Below the pieces are notes generated by a model. The model did not search any database, had not been told where the DNA came from, and saw nothing but the letters and a program-made list of their open reading frames with translations. This document shows positions 43,807 through 52,238 of a stretch of DNA of 64,000 nucleotides, piece by piece (the stretch's first letter is position 1; each line of letters begins with the position of its first letter). The stretch is from Methanothermococcus sp. Ax23 (GTDB lineage Archaea > AGJL01 > Methanococci > Methanococcales > Methanococcaceae), in contig NZ_CP157522.1 in NCBI RefSeq assembly GCF_049075655.1, forward strand, positions 320,001-384,000, in the 5' to 3' direction. The position numbers and the translations under genes were made by a program.

Positions 43807-44412
43807 ATGGAAAATATACTGCCCAACATTGAGGGAAAAACTCCAAAAATAGATAAAAATGTGTTTGTTGATAAAAGTGCAGTAATTATAGGAGATGTTA
43901 TCATAGAAAAAGATGTTTATGTAGGTCCAAACGCTGTTATAAGATGTGATGAACCTCCAACTAAGAACATATTAATAAAGGAAGGAGCTAATATTCAAGA
44001 TTTAGTGGTGATACACTGCCTTAGAAACGCACCAATAGTTGTTGGAAGAGAAACTTCAATTGCCCATTCCTCAGTAATTCATGGCCCTGCAAAAATTGGA
44101 GATAATGCATTTATTGGATTTAATTCAGTCATATTTGGAGCTGAAATTGGAAATAATGCCGTAGTAGGGCATAACTCAGTTATAGATGGAGTTGGTGGCA
44201 ATTTAAAAATACCGGATAATAAATGGATCCCTCCAAACACTTCCATATATAAAGACTCAGATGGTGTAATAAGAGCATTTTTGCCCGATGGAACTGTTCT
44301 AACGGATTTTAATAATCTTCCCGATATCCCAGAATGGTACAGGGAAGTTCCCGGGGAGGTTGTGAAAGTAAATAAGGAATTAAATTTAGGATATAAAAAA
44401 TTTATTAAATAA
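43807..44412 (+). CDS. Gamma-class carbonic anhydrase (Cam-like)
   Basis: Hexapeptide repeats, IRCDE, NIQD.VVIH, SIAHSSVIHGP (three His ligands). Confidence 0.88.
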   Translation: MENILPNIEGKTPKIDKNVFVDKSAVIIGDVIIEKDVYVGPNAVIRCDEPPTKNILIKEGANIQDLVVIHCLRNAPIVVGRETSIAHSSVIHGPAKIGDNAFIGFNSVIFGAEIGNNAVVGHNSVIDGVGGNLKIPDNKWIPPNTSIYKDSDGVIRAFLPDGTVLTDFNNLPDIPEWYREVPGEVVKVNKELNLGYKKFIK

Positions 44413-44431
44413 TTTTTAGTTTCAAGTTAAG

Positions 44432-44806
44432 CTGACCTACTCCAACGAGTGAACTCGTTGGGTTCTCGCTTACGGTAGTAAGCGAGCAACGAAATCACGA
44501 AGTGATTTCGTCTAATTTTAGTAGGGTTTAACCCTACAAGGGTGGCCAAGCCCACTACCCCTATCTCCGTTTAGGAGATTCAGGGCTACCTTTTGAACTT
44601 CCAACCACTACCAGCGGTAGAGTTTTCGATAACCCTACCCATAGATACTTGGACTGGTAGCGTTACTTACTACTAATCTTCACATATTTATATTTTACTA
44701 CTTACTAGCCGATATAATGTCCGCCTCTAATCCAATCTCATAAGAGATTTTACAAAACTATGTTTTGTATAACGATTAAAATCGTTGGCTTTCTCGGCGG
44801 TTTATC
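44432..44806 (-). mobile_element. Non-autonomous IS200/IS605 MITE copy B (with 37-bp insert in LE hairpin)
   Basis: Near-identical to 42861-43228, with extra 44735-44771. Confidence 0.85.
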
Positions 44807-44989
44807 GTAAAATGTTTTTAAATAAGCATGTCGAATATATAATGTTATCATATAATCGCAAAAACCTGAGCTCGCACTATGGCAACATAAAAATCAAATG
44901 GATTAGGGATATAGTCTGTATTAATTAATATTACTTTTAATATAATTTATTCAATATATCATCGTTAAATTAACAGGTTTATTTTTTAC

Positions 44990-45289
44990 CGGCCATGTGG
45001 ATTTAACAAAAACCTACGGTTTTTATTACTGTCCTTCGCTATCGCTCGGACATCAGATAAAATTCCTTGGAATTTTATTACGTTCTTCACTACGTTCAGA
45101 AATCTCAAAACCTTCGGATTTTTTCGATTTACTCATTTCACTCATAAATTAGATGAAAACCTTCGGTTTTCATTACTTTCCTAGCTATCGCTCGGAAATG
45201 CTACAAAAACGAGGTTTGTTCAACCACGAGTGGCGAGTGAGCTACAAATTCCAAAGGAATTTGTTCAATTAGTCGTTGGAATAGGTCAG
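44990..45289 (+). repeat. Tandem array of about 50-bp double-hairpin units inside IS605-like ends
   Basis: Units 45003-45053, 45054-45103, 45104-45149, 45150-45199, then inverted units. Preceded by TTAC and ends TCGTTGGAATAGGTCAG. Confidence 0.75.
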
Positions 45290-45425
45290 TTATTTATATA
45301 TTGTTTATTTTCTAATTAACAACTGAAAATTTCATGATAAATAATATATATTATTTTATAAGTTTTATATAATACCACTTATTAATAGTATATTATATAT
45401 TCAAATATAAAAAGAGGGGGATATT

Positions 45426-46952
45426 ATGCATTACATCCATAAAGAAGTTAATGAACCTTTCAAAGACGGTATGGAATTGGCAAGAGAATTGAAAAATAAA
45501 ATAAAGAATCCGTCTTTAATGATATTATTAACATCCATCACAAAAAAAGACGATATTGAAGAATTAATAAATGGATTAAAAACCCACGTAGATGTTAATA
45601 ATTTAATAGGCTGCACCACAGCAGGAGAGTTTTCAAAGGAAAGATGCACCATGCAAAATGGCGTTTTATTAATGGCATTTGATGAAACATGTAAAGTAGC
45701 CATAGGGCATAAAAAAGTAGAAGGGAACCCTACAAATGTGGGCATCTCCTTAGCAGAGGATATTAAAGAAAAATTAAAAGCTAAATACCCAAAAATAAAT
45801 ATAGATGAAAAATTTTTGGGATTTGTATTCCATGATTGGAATGCAGATAATGAGAATGGTATTATAAATGGTTTAGCTGAAAGACTTTCATTTCCTATGA
45901 TTGGAGGAACCGCGGGTGATGATTTAAAATTTAATAAAACATATCAAATATATCAAGATAAGGTATTATCCGGTCACGTTTTATTGGGCGTAATTTCCCA
46001 TAAAAAAAGATTTGAAATATTATATGGTCATGGATACGAACCAACAGAATATTATGCAAGAGTAACTAAGGCAAAAGGAAATATAATTTATGAACTGGAT
46101 GGAAAACCTGCATACGATGTATATCAAGAGATGATAAGCAAAGTTTCAGGAATCCCACTGGACGATGTTAAGAACTATGCACCCTGTGATTTTAAAAATC
46201 TCGACTTTAAAATATTATATCCTTTGGGTGTTCAAGATGCCTATGGAAATTATAGAATTTTATTCTTGAATAATGTTGATGATGACCATCTCAGATTTAA
46301 ACATGAGGTAAATGAAGGAACATTCTTAGTACTAATGAAAACCTCCCCTGAAAAAACTGTTGATTCATTATATCGAGAAATTTCTAAACTAAAAAATTTC
46401 AAAAAACCATTTATATTTATTGCTGAATGTGTATGTAGAGAATTTATAAAGAATTCAAAATATGGTAATGAATTGGTTTCAAAAGATTTTGAAAGATGGT
46501 TTAACAATAAATCACATAATTCGAATATTATTAATAATTGCGTAGGATTTCTATGTTATGGAGAAAGCATCGTAAAAGATATTTTAAGATTCCATAATAC
46601 TCTAACATTTGTTGGGGTGGCATTTGATTTAGAAAGCGATGACAATATTAATTGGAAAAAAGCCTTACAGTATTTTGAATTTTCTGAGGAAGAGCTCAGC
46701 ATAATATTGGAGTTAATGAATTCAAGACTAAGTGCAAAAGAGTTATTACATAGGCTGAATATTTCTCAAACTAAATTATATGCAACATTGAATCATTTGG
46801 AAGAAAAAGGAATAATAAAATCATATGGCAAGAAACCAAAGATGTATTATATAGACAATATAAAGGAAGTTTTGAAAAAAATACATGTCGAACTGGAAAG
46901 TCAATATCGATTTAAAAAAGAAAAAAGAGAGGAGTTATTGTCCCTTCTCTAA
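45426..46952 (+). CDS. FIST-domain sensor with C-terminal TrmB-type winged HTH
   Basis: GCTTAGE, IGGTAGD, ELDGKPA, GFLCYGE, FHNTL; C-terminal ISQTKLYATLNHLEEKGII. Confidence 0.82.
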   Translation: MHYIHKEVNEPFKDGMELARELKNKIKNPSLMILLTSITKKDDIEELINGLKTHVDVNNLIGCTTAGEFSKERCTMQNGVLLMAFDETCKVAIGHKKVEGNPTNVGISLAEDIKEKLKAKYPKINIDEKFLGFVFHDWNADNENGIINGLAERLSFPMIGGTAGDDLKFNKTYQIYQDKVLSGHVLLGVISHKKRFEILYGHGYEPTEYYARVTKAKGNIIYELDGKPAYDVYQEMISKVSGIPLDDVKNYAPCDFKNLDFKILYPLGVQDAYGNYRILFLNNVDDDHLRFKHEVNEGTFLVLMKTSPEKTVDSLYREISKLKNFKKPFIFIAECVCREFIKNSKYGNELVSKDFERWFNNKSHNSNIINNCVGFLCYGESIVKDILRFHNTLTFVGVAFDLESDDNINWKKALQYFEFSEEELSIILELMNSRLSAKELLHRLNISQTKLYATLNHLEEKGIIKSYGKKPKMYYIDNIKEVLKKIHVELESQYRFKKEKREELLSLL

Positions 46953-47328
46953 TTCTGTATATTATATCATTATATCCATATTTTATTATTTTTAAAATAA
47001 AAAAAATAGAAAAGTATATATATGCGAGAGTATATAATTAAATGTGGGTGGCGTATACACTAATTTTAAAAAATATTATTAATAGGGGTATTAAGTCCTA
47101 TAATGGACAAAATTAATCCAGGGAGGGTTAATTTAAAACTATAAGGGATTATTTACTATCCCACTTAATACTTTAACTATTTTTAAAATAATAATATAAT
47201 TATTTTAATTAATGTTTAGAATGATTTTGCCGTTTAAAACTGTTTAGTTTTTTGTGAGTATTTGTGAGTGTATGGGAGCATTTAGTTTTCGAAATGTTTA
47301 TATAGTATTTTCATGCATAGTTTATAGT

Positions 47329-47550
47329 GTCAATCTAATCAACCCCAAGACTTTCCTAAACCTCTTTTAAACATGTTAAAACATCCAACAAATTGTCGAA
47401 TTGATGGGTGGAGCTGGGGTCCCCACGACAGGGGAGGAGACTGATGACATGCTCCCAATGAACCCAGAGGGAGATGAAGTTGATGACGCCCAAGTCCAAT
47501 GTGAGCATTTACTCACCAACGCTCACATTGGACAGACCCCATAAAGGGCA
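47329..47550 (+). ncRNA. Candidate structured non-coding RNA
   Basis: BRE/TATA GAAATGTTTATA at 47291. GC-rich stems (TGGGTG/CGCCCA, CCCC/GGGG, CTCCC/GGGAG), TGATGA motifs, 13-bp stem GTCCAATGTGAGC/GCTCACATTGGAC. Confidence 0.55.
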
Positions 47551-47572
47551 TATATTAATTTTTTAGTTTAAT

Positions 47573-48544
47573 TCACAATGTTAGTTCTTTAAGCTTTGAT
47601 ACTACTTCATAAAAGTCTTCCTCAGAAATGTTTAAAACATCCATTTTCTTTATTTCAACCACAATGCCACTTTTTAATATTCTTTCATATATTGGACATT
47701 TGGTAATTACGGATTTTCCATTGTCTAATTTTATAACTGAGTTTATATTTTTAGATATTTCTTTTGGGTTGTTATATTCTAAAAATACGCATACTCCTTC
47801 ATTATCTTTAAAATAGGCATTTTCAAATTCATTTTTTAAAATATTTGAAAATCTAACACATTTTTTATACGTTTTTTTTGCTTTGATGGTTTCTTCCTTC
47901 ATTAAACCATAGATATTTGGAACTTTATATGTTTTCAACAGGTTTTTTAAATCATTTATTTTGTTTTTTTCAATTAACTGTTCACTTATTTTATCACTTA
48001 TTCCTATGAATCCACCATACTCACAATTTATTATTTTTGGGGAGCCCGTTGAACAAACTACCATGTCTCCATACCCACAATCTCCACCAATACCTCCTGA
48101 AATGTCCTCCACGAATATAACCTCGTTTTCTTCACAGATTTTTTTTATTTCCTTCAATGGTTGATGTGCTAAGTATCCTGCAAGGGATGTTAAAAACAAC
48201 GCATGTATATTATTTTTTTTAATTTCTTCATCCAATGTATTTATATCAACAATACCATAATTTGTTCGGAGCTCTACAATATTAAAATTAAACATTTTTG
48301 GATAAGTCATAAAACCTTTCCATCCCCCCATATCTGGAACAAGAACATTACAGTTGCTTGAAGATGTGTCTATAATGTTGTATAATATATTTGAAGCAAC
48401 ATATATTCCAGCATTCCCAGAGGGAAGAATGGATATATTTTTTTTAGAATACATTAAATCATTTATTGCATGCTTTAACTCTTCAATATTTCCTTCAACA
48501 TTTAATCTTCCTTCTAAACATGGTTTTCTATGAGGGACTATCAT
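47573..48544 (-). CDS. Uncharacterised PLP-dependent transferase (fold type I, DegT-like)
   Basis: VPDMGGW, VEDISG, STGSPK..N..GGF. Confidence 0.6.
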   Translation of the reverse strand: MIVPHRKPCLEGRLNVEGNIEELKHAINDLMYSKKNISILPSGNAGIYVASNILYNIIDTSSSNCNVLVPDMGGWKGFMTYPKMFNFNIVELRTNYGIVDINTLDEEIKKNNIHALFLTSLAGYLAHQPLKEIKKICEENEVIFVEDISGGIGGDCGYGDMVVCSTGSPKIINCEYGGFIGISDKISEQLIEKNKINDLKNLLKTYKVPNIYGLMKEETIKAKKTYKKCVRFSNILKNEFENAYFKDNEGVCVFLEYNNPKEISKNINSVIKLDNGKSVITKCPIYERILKSGIVVEIKKMDVLNISEEDFYEVVSKLKELTL

Positions 48545-48735
48545 TAAATCACCTTTTCATACATTTTATTTAGTATTGATATAATGTATAAAATTTATTA
48601 GAAAAATTCATACCAAGTTTTCATTTAAATAGTAGTTAGTATTCAATAACTATATATATTAGTTTTTTTAATAATATATACAACATTTTGAATAGGTTTC
48701 AATTTAAAGTTTTAACTACATAATTTGGTGATTAT

Positions 48736-49623
48736 ATGGACCCAAAGATAAGTTATTTTAAAACATTTATATCGGCTACAAGGACAAAAAGTTTTTCAAA
48801 AGCTGCGAAAAAACTAGGAGTTACCCAAGGGACCGTTAGCAACCACATATCAGCTCTTGAAAAGTATTTTGATGCCCAGTTGTTTTTAAGAACGCCCGAA
48901 GGTGTGGATTTGACTCCGGAGGGTAAGATACTATATGAAAAGGCTGAAAAAATACTCGACCATATAAACGATGCAAAACAGTATATGAGAATACTTCACG
49001 AGCATCCAGAAGGTATTGTTAGGATTGCTGCAAGTACAACACCTGGGGAACATTTACTACCTAGCATCATAAGCGAATATAAGAAAGAATTTAAAGATGT
49101 TGATTTTAATATAGAAATAACCGATTCAGAAAAGTGTTTTAAATTACTGGAAACAGGTGCAGTGGATATTATTGCAGTAGGAAATATTTATGATAAAAGC
49201 TATGAAAGTGTAGTTATAGGCAAGGATAGGTTAGTTTTAATAGTGCCACCTAATCACAATCTCGCTAAAAAAGGCATAGCAAAACTTTCAGATATTTTGA
49301 AAGAGGATTATATAGATAGAGAAGAAGGTTCAGGAACAAGGGAAATATTGATGAAGGCACTAACTGATAAAGGCTATTCAATGATGGATTTACACACCAT
49401 AATGAGTTTAGGTAGTCACTCATCAGTAATTACTGCGGTTTCAGAAGGATATGGCGTAAGTATAGTATCGGAAATTCCTGCAAAAAAAGCTGCGGAAGCA
49501 GGTTTGGTAAAAATCGTTCCAATCGAAGATTTGGACTTAACGAGGTATTTATATTTGGTTAAAGGTAGAAAACCTAGAAATCCAAGTGCCGTAAAATCAT
49601 TCTGGGATTTTGTGGGCGAATAA
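48736..49623 (+). CDS. hrsM: Selenium-metabolism LysR regulator (HrsM-like)
   Basis: LysR HTH SFSKAAKKLGVTQGTVS, ASTTPGEH, REEGSGTR; Methanococcales context. Confidence 0.75.
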   Translation: MDPKISYFKTFISATRTKSFSKAAKKLGVTQGTVSNHISALEKYFDAQLFLRTPEGVDLTPEGKILYEKAEKILDHINDAKQYMRILHEHPEGIVRIAASTTPGEHLLPSIISEYKKEFKDVDFNIEITDSEKCFKLLETGAVDIIAVGNIYDKSYESVVIGKDRLVLIVPPNHNLAKKGIAKLSDILKEDYIDREEGSGTREILMKALTDKGYSMMDLHTIMSLGSHSSVITAVSEGYGVSIVSEIPAKKAAEAGLVKIVPIEDLDLTRYLYLVKGRKPRNPSAVKSFWDFVGE

Positions 49624-49806
49624 ATATTATCGATTTATTTTTATAATATAAACATATAATATTTTTTTAGTTTTAGATTATATAAATTATATAATATTAT
49701 GCTATGTTATATTGTATTTTTCACTGCAACACCCAAATGATTTATAGGGGATGTAAAGGATAGATATATGCATTAGATAGGATATAAATAATTTTTTGGT
49801 GAAATA

Positions 49807-50550
49807 ATGTTTAAAGCCACAATTAATGCAAAGGATTTTAAAAAAATCATAGATGCAACAAGCAATTTGGTAGATGAAATCTGTTTTGAAGTAGATGAAA
49901 ATAATATAAAGGCTAGTGCAATGGACCCATCTCATGTTGCATTGGTAAGCGTGGATATTCCAAAAGAGGCTTTCGAAGAATATATCTCCGATATCCATGA
50001 TATAGGAGTTGATTTGGAGGCACTTAAAAAAATAATGGGAAGGGCAAAAACTAATGAAAAACTTACATTGGAATTGGATGAAGAAAGAAATAAACTAAAT
50101 CTTATTCTTAAAAATGATGCCATAAGGAAGTTTTCAGTTTCACTTTATGATGTGAGCTCTACAAATCTTAAAGTTCCTGACATAGAATATCCTAATGAAG
50201 TAATGATTAAAGCAGGGGCATTTGTCGAAGCATTAAAGGATGCTGAATTAGTTAATGACCATGTTTCCTTGAAAATAAGTGAAGATGGTAAGTTTATAGT
50301 TTATTCAAAAGGAGACATAAACCAAAGTGAAACAACCTATGATAATGATAGCGAGTCCATATTAGATTTGAAAATTACAGAATCTTCAAGAAGCACATTT
50401 AATTTAGCCTATTTGAAAGATATCACAAAGGCGACATCATCAGATGATGTTTTACATATCCATCTTGGTTCAGACATGCCTGTAAAAATAGAGTATAACA
50501 TAGGAAACGCAAAGATATTATTCCTTCTCGCTCCAAGAATAGAAACATAA
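49807..50550 (+). CDS. pcn: PCNA sliding clamp
   Basis: [17 protein letters not shown]. Confidence 0.96.
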   Translation: MFKATINAKDFKKIIDATSNLVDEICFEVDENNIKASAMDPSHVALVSVDIPKEAFEEYISDIHDIGVDLEALKKIMGRAKTNEKLTLELDEERNKLNLILKNDAIRKFSVSLYDVSSTNLKVPDIEYPNEVMIKAGAFVEALKDAELVNDHVSLKISEDGKFIVYSKGDINQSETTYDNDSESILDLKITESSRSTFNLAYLKDITKATSSDDVLHIHLGSDMPVKIEYNIGNAKILFLLAPRIET

Positions 50551-50598
50551 ACTAAATAATTAATTTTGTTTTTTACTATTATACAAACGTGTGAAATT

Positions 50599-51195
50599 AT
50601 GTATAAAAAAATAATGAATACATTTTTTAATGAGCTAAAAAGCGATGATTTACTGAAGCTATCTGATGATTTCTATGATATGGTTAAAAATTACATAAAA
50701 AATCAGGAATATGAGGATGAAACAGAACTTGAACGGATAAAATATTACATTAAAGAATTAAGAAAGTTAAGATTGTATAAGGCATTTTTTGGAGATAGAA
50801 AGAACCTTCTTGAAGAGGAAAAGGAGCTCCTAAAATTAATTGAAGATATAGAATATTATGATAATTTTAAAAGTAATATAAAAAATGCAGAATGTAGATT
50901 AAAAGAAGATAGTATTTTGGATAAATATCATGAGCTCATATCTAAGAACCAAGAATTATCACATTCAGAACCAAAACCTATAAATACCCAAAAAGATATT
51001 GATATTGTAAGAGTCATTACAAGGTTCCCAGAATTTACAGATGGGAAATTCACTTATGTATTGAATAAAAACGATATAATTACATTAAACAAAAAATTTT
51101 CGAGAATTCTGGAAAAACACAACATAGTTAAAAAAATAAATGGTGGATATCATGAAGATGAAAAAGAAGATAAAAAGATATTGTCCATACTGTAA
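50599..51195 (+). CDS. GINS-family (Gins51-like) replication protein
   Basis: Follows pcn; L..L..DFY, LRLYK, C-terminal B-domain VRV...PEF.D. Confidence 0.65.
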   Translation: MYKKIMNTFFNELKSDDLLKLSDDFYDMVKNYIKNQEYEDETELERIKYYIKELRKLRLYKAFFGDRKNLLEEEKELLKLIEDIEYYDNFKSNIKNAECRLKEDSILDKYHELISKNQELSHSEPKPINTQKDIDIVRVITRFPEFTDGKFTYVLNKNDIITLNKKFSRILEKHNIVKKINGGYHEDEKEDKKILSIL

Positions 51196-51433
51196 AAAAC
51201 ACACACTTCACACAGTAGAAAGAGCAAAAAAGAGAAAAGCAAGTGAATTAACTTGGGGTCAGAGGCAGTTCAGAAGAGTTACTGCTGGATACGGAGGTTA
51301 TCCAAGACCTTTACCAAGTGGTGCTAAGCCAGTTAAAAAATTGGATTTAAGATACAAATGTTCAGAATGCGGAAAAATGCACGTAAGAAGCAACGGCGGA
51401 TTTAGAGCAAGAATATTTGAATTAGTAGAATAA
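51152..51433 (+). CDS. rpl44e: 50S ribosomal protein L44e
   Basis: [25 protein letters not shown]. Confidence 0.96.
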   Translation: MKMKKKIKRYCPYCKKHTLHTVERAKKRKASELTWGQRQFRRVTAGYGGYPRPLPSGAKPVKKLDLRYKCSECGKMHVRSNGGFRARIFELVE

Positions 51434-51474
51434 TTTAAAAAATATTTTAATTATTTAAATATAGAGGTGGAATA

Positions 51475-51660
51475 ATGGCATTAGTGCAAAAACCAAGAAG
51501 TAGGTTTTTAAGAATCCAGTGTCCAGATTGCGGTACAGAGCAGGTAATATTCGGATGTCCAGCAACAGTTGTAAAATGTATAACATGCGGAAAAACACTT
51601 GCTGAACCAAAAGCTTCAAAAGGATTAATTAAAGCAAAAATATTAGAAGTTTTAGAATAA
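51475..51660 (+). CDS. rps27e: 30S ribosomal protein S27e
   Basis: PRSRFL..CPDC..EQ..F, CITCG..L. Confidence 0.96.
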   Translation: MALVQKPRSRFLRIQCPDCGTEQVIFGCPATVVKCITCGKTLAEPKASKGLIKAKILEVLE

Positions 51661-51687
51661 AATCTTTTTAACTCTCTTTTTTATTTA

Positions 51688-51785
51688 TCCAATCGAGCGA
51701 AGCTAGTATCGGATTTTCGAAATCCCCATGACTTTACGAAGTAATTTGTAAGATTTTTAAAGGTTTCGTTTGAATCTTCGCCTCA
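51688..51785. repeat. Degenerate hairpin-unit remnant
   Basis: CGAGCGAAGCTAG, GGATTT-TCG-AAATCC and TTAC-GAA-GTAA resemble the double-hairpin family. Confidence 0.45.
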
Positions 51786-52238
51786 CTACTTTTTATCTTT
51801 ATAGTATAATATTTATTAATTCAAATTAATAAATTTAATATATTAAAAATAATTAAAAAATAAAAAGAATAAATTATTTATTTTTATCTCCGCAGGTGCA
51901 TACAACATTTCCTTTTTTAAGTGGCGTGTGAGTTCCAAATACGATTGGTATTTCCAATTCTTTCATTAACTTCTCAGCTACTTCTTCAAAGTTTATATGC
52001 GGACATTCAGGAACTAAGAATGTGCAGTTTGCTATATGAACAGCTTCCGCACCGCTTGCGTTTTTAAGGAGTTTTACCCTCATTGGAAACCTTCTTCCAG
52101 GGCATCCGCCACATGTTGCAAATGCAACTAATTCAACATCTTTATATCTTTCAAATGTTCCGCTTTTTTCATTTATTGCCTTAAAACATGAAAAACATGC
52201 CTCTTTTCCAGGACATCCCATTTGAACCATTTTTTCAC

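Noticed and set aside
45003-45268. CRISPR array
   Set aside because: No constant repeat alternating with unique spacers; whole units vary and no cas genes are present.
47440-47485. Hammerhead ribozyme (CTGATGA...GAAG)
   Set aside because: Lacks GAAA after a properly closed stem II and a convincing stem III/NUH.
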